From Eledone cirrhosa (lineage: Eukaryota), in contig OZ024740.1 of NCBI GenBank assembly GCA_964016885.1, positions 324,818,001 to 324,882,000 on the forward strand: 64,000 nucleotides of DNA, in the 5' to 3' direction. Under the pieces are notes generated by a model. It did no database searches and was not told the origin of the DNA. It saw only the letters and a program-made list of their open reading frames with translations. The translations under genes and the position numbers were made by a program. Each line of letters opens with the position of its first letter. Position 1 is the first letter of the stretch. Below, piece by piece: positions 1 to 11,906 of the stretch.

Positions 1-126
1 ATGCCCTCACTCCCACACACAGACACACACTCATACACATATATATATACATACACACACACACACTCTCACACGCACAGACACACACACACACACACAC
101 ACGCACACACATATATATATATATAT

Positions 127-338
127 ATGGTGGCTGCCAACTCGTTTTCGAGTACGACCACTACTTTATATCCATGTAGGAGAACCCCTACCGATGCGCT
201 GAACGAGTGTGACTTTTTAGTCCAGCCAGCGACTTGAAAACTCTGGTACAAACACTACACTTGTGACAATTATTGACACATAGTGCTGGGCCTATGGTAC
301 CATGTGACGACAAGTTCAGAGAGATCTCCAGATATAAA
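127..338 (-). mobile_element. Family A non-autonomous retroelement (RTE-tailed SINE-like), 3' fragment
   Basis: Reverse complement matches the 3' ~210 bp of the copies at 1397-1818, 44576-45187 and 53428-54038; ends ...GAGTTGGCAGCCACCAT followed by (TA)n. Confidence 0.9.
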
Positions 339-402
339 TATATAAATATATATATATATATATACACACACATACACTATCATACATACATATATACGGA
401 CG

Positions 403-843
403 GGAGTTTTGTGTAACTGCCAAAATAAGGAAGCTTGTCTACTGGAAAACAAATGCCTGACGAATGACATCGTATATAAATGTGATGTCATCTCAGGCAT
501 CGGTCACAAAAAAAAGTCTTATATCGGAATGACTTCCAACAATTTTAAGACCCAGTAGTATGCCCGTACCCACTCGTTCAGAAGACCGGACAAATCCAAT
601 CAGACAATACTCGCCTCCTATGTCTGGGACCTCAAGAGGAACTCCATCCCTTTCACTCTCAAATGGAAATTACTCCAGAAATCGCGCTCATACATGAGAG
701 GACACAAGTGTTGTAACCCTTGTATTTAAGAGAGCTACGAAATACTATATGCCAAGGTCCCGACATTGAACAAACTCTCTGAATACTGTCCGAATTCCAT
801 GAACAAAAACTTTGCAACTTACAAACATCTTAAGCCATCTTGA
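403..843 (+). mobile_element. Penelope-like element GIY-YIG endonuclease remnant (Naiad-like), with in-frame stops
   Basis: Manual translation from 403: GVLCNCQNKEACLLENKCLTNDIVYKCDV...SYIGMTSNNFKTQ*YARTHSF...TILASYVWDLK...KWKLL...CCNPCI*ESYEIL...LNKLSE. The CNC..C..C finger, IVY/YIG motifs and terminal LNxxxE are typical of PLE GIY-YIG domains. Confidence 0.85.
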
Positions 844-1045
844 TGCCAGATTCATAATTTACCCTACTCCCTACCCCCAACCCAAACCCCTTCTCGATCC
901 GCCTCACGGTACTAAAGTTATGTAAGTACTTCTTACCTACTTTCCTTTTCTACGTGATTAACTTACTAGTATTGCACGCGTGTGTGTGTATATATATATG
1001 GGTGTGCGCGTGTATATGTTTATATATATGTGTGTGTATATATAT

Positions 1046-1114
<69 letters not shown>

Positions 1115-1225
1115 ATTGAGATAAGCGGAGCAACCAAGATTCAAACAATTTTTTTAAATAAATTAAAAAATATAATTTAAATATATATGTATGTATGTGT
1201 GTGTATGTATGCATATCTGTATATA

Positions 1226-1316
<91 letters not shown>

Positions 1317-1396
1317 ATGTGTGTGTATATATGTATATATATATATACATATATGTATGTATGTATGCATGCATGTATGTATGTATATATATATGT

Positions 1397-1818
1397 ATCC
1401 AAAATCACCGGGAGAGATGACCCCTTAGCCTTTGTCAAGGCAGAATTCTAGGAGAAGGAAAACTGATATAACACCTGCAACCCTGATGGTATCCAATGAT
1501 GTTGACTTGTTCTTCTTTTTGGTAAATATCATCTTGGTTAAGAGAGTGGGACTGGCTTTGTGCAGTGCCTTTGCTCACTATAAAGGCTTCACGGCACAGG
1601 CATTGCTTTATATCTGGAGATCTCTCTGCACTTGTCGTCACATGGTACCATGGGCCCAGCACTATGTGTCAATAATTGTCACAAGTGTAGTGTTTGTACC
1701 AGAATTTTCAAATCGCTGGCTGGACTAAAAAGTCACACTCATTCAGCGCATCGGTAGGGGTTCTCCTACATGGATATAAAGTAGTGGCCGTACTCGAAAA
1801 CGAGTTGGCAGCCACCAT
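1397..1818 (+). mobile_element. Family A non-autonomous retroelement, 5'-truncated
   Basis: Near-identical to 44764-45187 and the equivalent part of 53428-54038; embedded in TA/ATGT microsatellite. Confidence 0.9.
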
Positions 1819-1861
1819 ATATATGTATATATACATGTTCATATGTATGTGTATGTATATG

Positions 1862-2198
1862 CGCGGGGACATAGAAATAGTCGGGCAGGATACCCGATCG
1901 CGCAGTTAAACCACTGGGAGTGAAGGACCCCTAGCCTTTGTCAGGGCATTCTTCTAGGAGAAGGCCTCAGGAAACTGGGATAACTCCGACATAAAACCTG
2001 CGGCTCAGTAGTTACCGATGATGTTGATCTGTTCTTCTTTTCGGGTTATAGCTACTGTCGCTCAGAGAGTGGGGTTGGCTCAGTGCAGTCTTTCCACACT
2101 TTAAAAAATCTTTGCGCACAGGCATTGTACGATGGAATTAATTAATAATTATTAATAATGGTATATCGTGCATACTCGATAACGAGGGGGAAGCCGTA

Positions 2199-2200
<2 letters not shown>
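1862..2200 (+). mobile_element. Family C non-autonomous retroelement (relative of family A with a different RTE-type tail), 3' half
   Basis: Aligns with the reverse complement of 41158-41681; shares GACCCC.TAGCCTTTGTCA.GGCA..TTCTAGGAGAAGG and later blocks with family A; tail ...ATACTCGATAACGAGGGGGAAGCC. Confidence 0.8.
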
Positions 2201-2243
<43 letters not shown>

Positions 2244-2396
2244 TGAACACACTATCTGTTCTATCGATGAGTCGCTTAGCTTAGAAATTCGTGGGAGGTA
2301 TTGCAATGTTCTTAAACGAATGTGTAGCCCACCTTCAACGATGTGGCTCTATGAATGTATGAATTAAATAGATAATCATTAATCAGAGCTATATAA

Positions 2397-2915
2397 AATT
2401 ATAAGTTTGAAGAACAGACAGATAACATTTACCTAATTTTTCTTCTTAGTCCGCTGAAATTAACGAAATAAACAATCAATTAAACGGAGCTAAGTTGAGT
2501 AAAAATTAGGCTGTAACTAACTGCTTCTTCTAGCAATGAACTTACTGGCCACCAGTCTACTCTTCACAACACTTCTATTTTGACTTTTAGCCACGTGATA
2601 ACTTCACATGTTTTGAATCTGTTACTGGTGGTGATCACTTTAGGAAAAATCGGTTCTAATTGAGGGAGTCCCCTGATAAGCTTGATGCCTCATGGATAAT
2701 GTCCATGTGCAGTTATCTTACACATTTCCACATATCACAAGCCAAACTGCTGGCAGTTGAGGCTAGAGGAATATCGCTAAACATTTATCTATTATTGCTT
2801 CCAGCTTACATTTTAAACTTGGCTTCGTTTAATTGATTATCGATTTAGTTAATTTCTCCGGACTAAGAAGAAAAATTAGGTAAAACTGATCTGTCTGTTC
2901 TTCAAACTTATAATT
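2397..2915. repeat. ~100-bp imperfect inverted repeats enclosing a degenerate hammerhead-like motif (probable Penelope pLTR remnant)
   Basis: 2397-2496 (AATTATAAGTTTGAAGAACAGACAGAT...CCTAATTTTTCTTCTTAGTCCG) is reverse-complementary to 2817-2915; interior 2673-2760 has CTGATAA-GCTTG...CAAGC-CAAAC-TGCTGGCAG-TT. Confidence 0.7.
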
Positions 2916-3129
2916 ATGTGTATATATATACATACATATTTTTCTCTTCTTTAGTTACTCCCTATGGAATATTAGGTAACCTTCATCGTTTCTGTAGTAA
3001 TTTTGATTAAAGGGGTAAGGATGCTTCACCCAGGCTGCATCTCAGTTTAAATATTATTCTACGATAAGAAACGGGAGGTACCTTATCTTATATCTTATGA
3101 CCTAGTTAACATATATACATGCATATCTC

Positions 3130-3760
3130 AGAGCGTCAGATACCATGCTTTGCAGCATAGAGTTATGGCCCTTTATGGTGTGAGTTCAAATCCCACCGAG
3201 GTTAACTTTGCCTTTCATCCTTACGGGGTCGATAAAATAATGCACCAGTAATGTACTAGGATAATTGCTGGCCTTGTGCCAAAAGTAGAAACAATTATTA
3301 TAAGGCGGTGGATTGGCAGTATCGGTAGAGTGTCGGACACCATGCTTCGCTGTTAACTTTGTCTTTCATTCTTACGGGGTCGATAAAATAAAGCACTGAG
3401 ATCGATTTAATCGACTTCCTTCTTTCCTTCAAATTGCTGGTCTTCTGCCTAAATCAGAAACCATTTGGCAGTATCGGTAGAGGATCGGACACCATGCTTT
3501 GACGCAATAGAGTTATGGCCCTTGCCATTCTGAGTTCAAATCCCACCGAGGTTAACTTTGCCTTTCATCCTTACGGGGTCGATAAAATAAAGTACCAGTA
3601 ATGCACTGGCATAATTTCTGGCCTTGTGCCAAAAGTAGAAACAATTATTATTATTCAACACAAAAAGGGCAGTGGATTGGCAGAGTTGTTTGAGTATTAT
3701 GTCTAGCTCTTTAAGTTTTCTGTTCCAATCCGCCGAGGTCACTTTGCCTTTCATCATAAT
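3130..3760 (+). mobile_element. Tandem cluster of 3-4 family B tRNA-derived SINE copies
   Basis: A-box-like TGGCAGTATCGGTAGAG, B-box GAGTTCAAATCC, core CTTTGCCTTTCATCCTTACGGGGTCGATAAAATAAAGTACCAG (resembles the MetaSINE-type central domain), tail GTGCCAAAAGTAGAAACAATTATT. Confidence 0.85.
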
Positions 3761-3874
3761 TCCTATTGGTAGAACATGGGACAAAACGTTTCGCGGCATT
3801 TATTTACGGCTCGTTGCGAACTCAATACTGTTAATACTAGAGTCATTTAATTGAATTTCGCTTTCCTTCAATTT

Positions 3875-4200
3875 CTTCTGCTATCATGTGCCTGTCGGAG
3901 ATCACTTCCTGACGAGTTAAGTAATACCATGTCATCTGCAAATTTCCGCAGACTGAACCTACACCTGCCTGTCTTGATATCACTTCTAACCCAGCTGCGC
4001 ATGTCAGTCCTGTTCATAAACATCATAAACAAAAGTGTTAACAGTACGCACCCTTGATGCAGTTCGAAACCCACATGGTTGAATGGTTTTGACTCCGCAC
4101 CATTTATCCGAATACAAATACTAGAGCATTCGTATAAAGACCTCAGGGCAGCAAGAAACTTTCCATCCAACCTATATCCTGCAGAATCATCCACAATAGG
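3875..4200 (-). mobile_element. Non-LTR reverse transcriptase fragment (RTE-group)
   Basis: ORF contains LRSLY...QGCVLLTLLFMMFM...FADDMVL (RT motifs B and C). Confidence 0.8.
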
Positions 4201-4630
4201 TCTTCGTCACAAGAATGCACCTCTTGGCAACACTCCCACAATTGCTCTTATTACGACGTCGGTAGAGGGTCTGCCAGAATAATTTATTTGCTGATCTAAA
4301 GTTAGATCCCAGCCTAACCTCAAGCTTTTGACGCTTTTACTGTCCCTGCTGCGACTTTTTGCGCCTCTTTGTACCGCAAGTGTAAGAAAAAGTTTTGTAA
4401 CCCTACTTTTTTGCTCAATATACACAAAATAAATCTCTATAATTACAAGAATATTTTTTTTATTTTCGCTAGACGTATATGTAAGTTTTCCTCTGTTTTT
4501 GTTCTTTTCCTTTCCTATATGGCTTCTATAGTTCATTCCTCTACTTTCCCACACAGCCAGATCAGCCCTTTTTTAATCTCTTACCCATTTGTAATTGTAT
4601 TTATACAATTGTAAATAAAGCTGATAGCAA

Positions 4631-4935
<305 letters not shown>

Positions 4936-5027
4936 GCTCTTGTGTTTTTGTACGCCACGCAAAGGGAAGTAACTCATCTACTACTTACTACAACTTTGAG
5001 GCTAAACATCGGTAGTTGTAGACTGCG

Positions 5028-8001
5028 CATCATCATCATCATCATTTTACGTCCGCTTTTCCCTGCTTACAGGGTGCGACGGGTCATATTCAGCACAGCA
5101 TCTCTCCATTCGTCACGGTCCTTCGTCATCTTCTCCGTGAGCTTCAGCAATCTGAGGTCAGCTCTCACCATCTCCGCTCATGATTTTCGTGGTCTTCCTC
5201 TACCGCGTCTTCCTTCTACTGGGATTTCTTGGCACTTCTTTACCCATCGGTCACCCCCCATGCGCATAACATGTCTATACCAACGCAGACTTCTCTTCCG
5301 CACACTACAGCTTATCCCTCTTATATACAGTTTCTTTCTCAACTGGTTTATGGTTGGTCGTTCACGCACATTGACATTGCACATCCAACGGAATATGCTT
5401 GCTTCATTTCTCTTCAGCCGTCGCATATCCTCCACAGTTGCTGCCCATGTGTCACTACCATGCAGCATCGCGCATCTCACATAGGCATCATATAACCGGC
5501 CTTTCGTTCGTAGGGAGAAACACTTCTTTGTTAACAGAGGAAGCAGCTCCCTAAACTTCTTCCAACCTGTCCTTATTCTAGATACTATGGCCTCGGAGCA
5601 CATTCCTCCCACACTAATCTGATCACCTATTTATCGGAAGCTATCGACCATATCTATAGATCCTTCCTGCATTCGAAAAATGTATCTATCACTGCGACGT
5701 CTACTGTCAAATTTTCCTTTACATCTACTTCATATGTAGTTTTCCCTACCTGTTAGTTTGCCTGCTATCCCACTACATCTCTTGTGTACCCAATATCTGC
5801 ATTGAGTATATTTTATAGAATGTATGCCAACTCCTGTTCTACATATCGAACATGGCCATTTCCCTGACGGGATCAGTGTTTTGTCCTATTTTCTACTTAT
5901 CAACTCATTACTCTTAGATAGGTTCACTCTCAGTCCTCTTGATTCCAACTGCTATTTCCATAGCCAGAATTTATTTTCTAGCTCCTCTACTAATTGTGCT
6001 ATAAGTAACAGATCATCAGCATAGAGAAATTCCCATGGGCAGCCAGTCTTAAACTCCTATGTTATGGCTTGGAGAACTATAATGAACAAGGGCGAGATGA
6101 GGACCGAACCCTGATGTACTCATAATTGTATCTGGAATTCCTCACTATTCTCCATTCCTACTCTCACTTTACTGATAGCACCCCTGTACATAGCTTGCAC
6201 TGTCCTCACAAGCCATTCCTCTACACCTAGTTTCCTTAGGGACCACCAAATGACATATCGGGGTACTCTATCAAAGGCCTTCTCGAGGTCAACAAAAGCT
6301 TATAGCGGCTTATTCTTCTCTAAGAACTTCCCTTGTAGTTGTCTCACTAAGAAGAGGGAATCTGTTGTACACTTCCCAGGCACAAAACCAAACTACATCT
6401 CATCTAATTTGAACCTTTCTCTAATTAGTTGTGCTAGTATTCTTTCTGTCACTTTCATAATCTGATCCATCAGTTTTATGCCTCTATAATTAATCCCCTC
6501 CAGAGCATCCCCTTTATATTTGTAGCAATTTATAAGAATACTGCTGCGCTAGTCTTTGGGTATGATTCTGCCATATATAGCTTGACGATGCGTGCAACCA
6601 GTTTAGTTCCTACTTCTCCTGATGCCTTCAGCATCTCAACAACTATCCCTGATGGTCCAGCGGCCTTGCCACTTTTCATTTCCTTAATTGCCTCTTTGAC
6701 CCTATAGACGTCAATCTCAATAGCTGGTCCCTCTGTCGAGTCTACTGGGGGTAGATTCTTTCTCTCCCATTCGTTCTCAACATTCATCAGTCTCTCATAA
6801 TGACATTTCAAGGCTTCCTTTTTCTGAGCATCAGTGACACTAAGTGCATGAGCATTATTTCGGACACACGTATCTTCAACAACATCCTGATTTACACTGA
6901 CAGACTGCCTTGCAATGCAGAACACCGCACGTCTCTGATCTTCTCGTCGCAGCTCCCCCGCGGGCTAAGTACACATGGCGTCTAGCTTCCCTTTTAACGG
7001 CTGTGTACCGGTCTCTACTCCCACCATTTTTTCAAGCCTTCCATGCTAGTCTTTTGTCCTTAATGGCTCTATCTACCATGCTGCTCCACCACCAGGTCAC
7101 CCTCTGTCTAGTTAGAGCTCTGCCCAGCCACAAGTTTCTTCAGTAGCCTGCAGTAAGTTGTCACGTAGGAAATTCCAGTTATCATCTATGTCATACGATT
7201 CTAACTCGTCTTCTTTTTCGTCATACAGATCTTGAAGGTCTTTCCTAAATTTATATTTTAGTGAGAGATCTTTTAGCTTCCAGACCTTCCTTTTACACAC
7301 CTTCCTGTGTCTCGATTTGTCTCTTGCTTATTGAGATGTCACCAACGACTAACCTAATGTGGGGGGGGGGGGGTACATTCTTCCCCGGGGTATTCCTTAG
7401 TATTTGACATCATCTGTCTGTCTCATTGTCTAACTAGCAAGAAGTCAATCTGGCTTATCTGCTCGCCTGATTGGTAGGTTATTAGGCGGTTAGTAGGTTT
7501 CTTGATGTTAGTGTTGCAAATGGTTAGTTCGCTTGCATCACAAAATTCAAGAAGCCTCACTCCTTCTTCGTTTCTTGAGCCATAACCATGTACCCCGGTG
7601 TATCCATCCTGGAACTATCCAACATGACCATTGAAGCCCACTGCTAGTATAACTAGGTCTCTGTCTTCTGCCATTGTGGTTGTTTCTAGAAGTTGTTCGT
7701 AAAATCAGTCCTTCTCTTCTTTACCTAGATCCGCCTTATTGATCCACCGCTCGGCCAGTAAAATGCCTACCCCCACCTAAACCATCATCATTTCCTACAC
7801 ATAAAAGCTTATAGCTAAGATGTTTGCTTGCGATTAGTCTTGCTGAGGTACCTCTCCATCTCATCTCTTACACGCAGCACACATCCACATGTCTTCTCTC
7901 TAGCCTCTCCACTATCTCACCAGATCTACCTGTCAGGATGTCAACATTGAGTCTGGCAACCATGAGATGCGACGTCTTTCGCTTTTTCTTCTTGTTCTGC
8001 T
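5028..8001 (-). mobile_element. Near full-length decayed RTE LINE (APE + RT + PHD-like finger + C-terminal domain) with (GAT)n tail
   Basis: APE start RLNVDILTGRSGEIVERLERRHVDVCCV; MKSGKAAGPSGIVVEMLK; AFVDLEKAFDRVPR and YADDL regions; RIRTGWKKFRELLPLL...RWYRHVMRM...RGRGRPRK; tail CGGACGTAAAATGATGATG. Many frameshifts and stops. Confidence 0.92.
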
Positions 8002-8170
8002 CATCAGCATGAAATATTTTTCTCCGCAAAGTTTGATAACCAACAGCAGAGTTTAAAGAGCAAGGATCAAGTCCAGTCCATAGGTTGACATTATCAAGCC
8101 ATCGTTTTGGCTGCCGGCCTCTGCTTCTCTTACCAGCCAACTTTCCTTCCAGGCATAACCTACTCACACC
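8002..8170 (-). mobile_element. 3' fragment of a second RTE family, interrupted by the 5028-8001 element (continues at ~4960-5032)
   Basis: SRLCLEGKLAGKRSRGRQPKRWLDNVNLWTG; sequence resumes left of 5028 (TGATGCGCAGTCTACA on -), matching an uninterrupted paralogue at 8188-8295 (+). Confidence 0.75.
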
Positions 8171-8877
8171 ACGAATTGAACTTTTTCTTTAAACTCTGCT
8201 GTTGGTGATCGAACATTGTGGAGAAAAATATGTCTTGTTGATGCGCAGTCTACACATGGCGGAGTGAGCGTCAAAGTACTACTAATGTAATAATTATTTT
8301 TAACTAGCGTTCTTAGAATGGCTACACTTTGTGAGTGTATGTGTATGTGTGAGTGTTTGTGTATGTGAATGCACGTGTGTCTGAGTGTATGTGTGTGTGA
8401 CTGTTGGTTAGTGTGAGTGTATGTGTGTGTGAGTGTATGTGTGTGTGTGTGTGAGTGTGTATACGTGTCTGAGTGTTATTTTGTGTGGGTGTATGTGTGT
8501 GTGAGTGTTTGTGTGTGTGTGTGTGTATCTGTGTGTGAGTGTATGTGAGTGTATGTGTTGTCCAAGGTGCCAAGCCCCTAGCAATATCGAAATAAATTAG
8601 AATTATCAAGAATATAAAACGACCGCAGTTGAATATATATATTATATACGTCCAAATCGTAGTGATATGCTTTGCTGCAAGTCCACAAATTCAACTATTT
8701 CTGTCAACTAATAGTCTATACTAAAGATAGTTAACGTTTGTTTCACGTAGCTGCTTTGCTGTCGTCGGTTTTGCTCTTTTGTTATATGAAAATGTAAATG
8801 ATAATATTTAGTTGATTGGCTAGCTAGTCGACATAGTAGCATGGTATAATAACAGCATACAAAAATTACTTCTCAAT

Positions 8878-9090
8878 AATGATTTCTACTATAGGCACAA
8901 GGCCAGCAATTTTATGGAAGGAGAGATACCATTAAATCGACCCCAGTATGTTATTGGTGCTTTATTTTATTGACCCTGTAACGACGAAAGGCAAAGCTAA
9001 CCTCGGCGGGATTTGAACTCAGAACGTAAAGGACCATAACTCTATGCTGCAAAGCATGTCTAACGCTCTACCGATACTGCTAATCCACCT
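8878..9090 (-). mobile_element. Family B SINE (longer variant)
   Basis: GGGATTTGAACTCAG (B box on -), core and tail match family B. Confidence 0.85.
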
Positions 9091-9692
9091 ATACTCAAAA
9101 TAGTTAATCTTCAGTTTATTTATGTGATCTGTTGTCCGCAATTTTACTCTTTTCGTTTGCTACGTAAATAACTACGTATATACAGTTGAAGAAAAGTTAT
9201 TTCAATTCCGGGCGTGCCATTATCTTAAGATATATTATCGAGGAATTAAAGAAACACTAGCAATTTAATGAAACGTTATTCCAATAGAAGACATATCGCT
9301 ATCTATTGTTGCTTTGCAAATAAAGTAAAGGAATTTGAAGAACAGTAAAGTATTTCAGTACCAGATGTGCCTTTATACGGGATTTAAATAAACTTTATCT
9401 CAGAACCGGCGGGTGTACCGTTACCTCCTGTCTCTTTAAAAGTAAAGTGAAGCGATTTAAAGTAACGTTATTTCAATAGCACGGGCCCTGGGTAGAAGTC
9501 GTATCTTTTATATCTGATAGTTGCACTCCTTGAGCATGGACAAGTTCCTCATCCACCCACTAAAGCTCTCCCGTCATGCTCCAAATGCGTGGTAGACTGT
9601 TTCAGTTGGAGGTTAAGATAATTTTACCCTAATCTTTTATGCATAAACATACATACACATAGATTCGTACGAATGTATAAACACGCCGACGC

Positions 9693-10445
9693 ACATACAT
9701 ACATACATACATACATACATACATACATACATACATACATACATACATACATACATGGTGGCTGCCAACTCGTTTTCGAGTACGGCCACTACTTTATATC
9801 CATGTAGGAGAACCCCTACCGATGCGCTGAACGAGTGTGACTTTTTAGTCCAGCCAGCGATTTGAACACTCTGGTACAAACACGACACTTATTGACACCT
9901 AGTGCTGGGCCCATGGTACCATCTGACCCAAGGTTTCGTGTGAGATCACTACTCGACCTGCATACACTTTCACAAACATTACATGTCGTCGTCTGACGAA
10001 CACTTATAGCTCCACAGGTGCATGCTTCCCTGTTCGTGTGCACTCTCAGGTGACTCTTTAGTCCTGCCATGCTCAGACAAACCCTATTACAGGTCTCACA
10101 TGTCAGGTCAGGCCGTCTGTCAGTGCCTTCGGGAAGGCCAACATGGATTGCTTTAGGGACATCTCTTTTTAGTGTCACGTGCCTTCTTGTTTCCTCAAAC
10201 AGACTCTTGCCACTAGCAACTGCTTTCCTCCAATGCGATCGGTCGCTAGCGCTTGCTTCCCAGTTCTCACAAGCGATGTTACTTTTCTTGAGTGCCCCCT
10301 TGATGGAGTCCTTAAAACGCATCTAGGGTTTGCTCCGTTCCTTTTTCCCATTTGGAGCTCGCCATAAAGCAGCTACTTCGGCATTCGCTTGTCATTCATC
10401 CTTACAAGGTGGCCTGTCCAGCGCAGCTGATGTTTCAAAATCAAG
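9693..10445 (-). mobile_element. 3' end of BovB-like RTE LINE with multiple C-terminal zinc-finger modules and (ATGT)n tail; partner LINE of family A
   Basis: QLRWTGHLVRM...RFKDSIKGALK...WEASASDRSHWR...CETCNRVCLSMAGLKSHLRVH...CNVCESVCRS...[23 protein letters not shown]; last ~165 nt nearly identical to the family A tail. Confidence 0.9.
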
Positions 10446-10464
10446 GAAACATACATACATACAT

Positions 10465-11805
10465 ACACTGGAAACTTCCACATCAACAGTGACATAGACC
10501 GCATTTATTTGAAACGTAAGCAAGGAGGCAGAGGCCTAACATCAGTCCAGACAGCATTTGAATGTCGCATCATAACACTCCGACAACATCTACGAATCTC
10601 AAAGCGTAGGAACCCGTCCCTCGAGTAAGTCTATCTGCATGAAACAGATAAGATCATGAGAGTTGGGAAGGAACTCCTCGAGAGGTATTCCCTGTGTGAT
10701 AATCAAAAACTCACACCCAGGGAAGTTGCACAGCAGTATCGCAGTGACTCCATGGATGAAAAACTGCATGCTTATCAGGAAAAAATCATTCATGGATATG
10801 TTGCCAGGAAGCTCCAGAGTGAGAGTAAAATAGATAAGGAAAGTAGTCTATATTGGACCAACAACCGCTATATTGGCTCCCACTTCGAAGGATACGCTTT
10901 TGCAATCCAAGAACAGGAAATCAACACGCAATACCTGATTCACAAAAGAGATAGGGATGCAGGCAAATCACCTAGATGTGATAACAAATGCAGACTCTTC
11001 AGAATTAACATAGAAGATGTTACCCATCCCATAAGCAGCTGTCCAAAGATGTCATCGCGGTACTATCTACCTATAAGGCATGATGTAGTGCCAAACCACC
11101 TACGATGCAATCCGTAGAAAAGATAGCCCGATAATAAACACATTAAAAGATACAGCAATGTGAAAGACATACATATAATATGAAAGAGTACTGGTGGAAT
11201 GTTCCAGTAAAAACCCCAATAAAATACAGGCATAAGAAACCAGATATAATGATATGGGACAGGGAAAAGACGGCATGCACAGTGGTGGAAGTTAGCTGCT
11301 CAGTAGATGCCAATTTAATATCAAAGATTAGCGCAAAGGAGAATATTTATGCAGAACTGATGAGAAATCTGCAGATACTCCACCCTGATTATACCTTCAT
11401 ATTTATTTATGCCTGTGATTATTGGCGCACTGGGGTATGTTAGTAACTGCCTCAATACGAATCGTGAGAAGCTGGGCTTCACAGGAACAGAAAGAACACA
11501 ACTAGTTAGGAAATTACAAGTACAATCCATTAATGGAACAGTAAAAAATATGTAAAACATTCCAAAGATTTTGCATCTAATAACTGCATATACACATGTA
11601 CAGATACGAAGCATATACACATGCACACATACAACTCAAAACATACATATCCACACATACAATAACATCCATATCTACACATGCATGCATACATAATCTA
11701 CCTAATTGATGTTGTGTAAATTCCAATGAGAGAGTCTTGTGTCTATGTTAGAAACCTACTCTCTCTCTATTGGTAAAACTTTGTGAAATTATAAAGCCAG
11801 AAGAA
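10465..11805 (+). mobile_element. R4/Dong-like RLE non-LTR retrotransposon, subfamily 1, 5'-truncated (copy E1)
   Basis: GGRGL motif, FAIQEQEI, CRLF..EDVTH..SSC knuckle, RHD, EYWWN..HKKPDIMIWD..VVEVSC restriction-like endonuclease; flanked by (CATA)n on both sides. Confidence 0.9.
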
Positions 11806-11906
11806 CATACATACATACATACATACATACATACATACATACATACATACATACATACATACATACATACATACATACATACATACATACATGCTTACAT
11901 ACATAC

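Noticed and set aside
403-843. Selenocysteine recoding in the Naiad-like fragment
   Set aside because: The in-frame stops are TAG and TAA, not TGA at Cys positions.
3303-3650. tRNA genes
   Set aside because: A/B boxes belong to SINE heads; no cloverleaf, and they continue into SINE core and tail.
8002-8295. Twin-priming inversion
   Set aside because: The two inverted pieces cover the same 3' sequence, are diverged, and each has its own tail region, so they are two separate copies.
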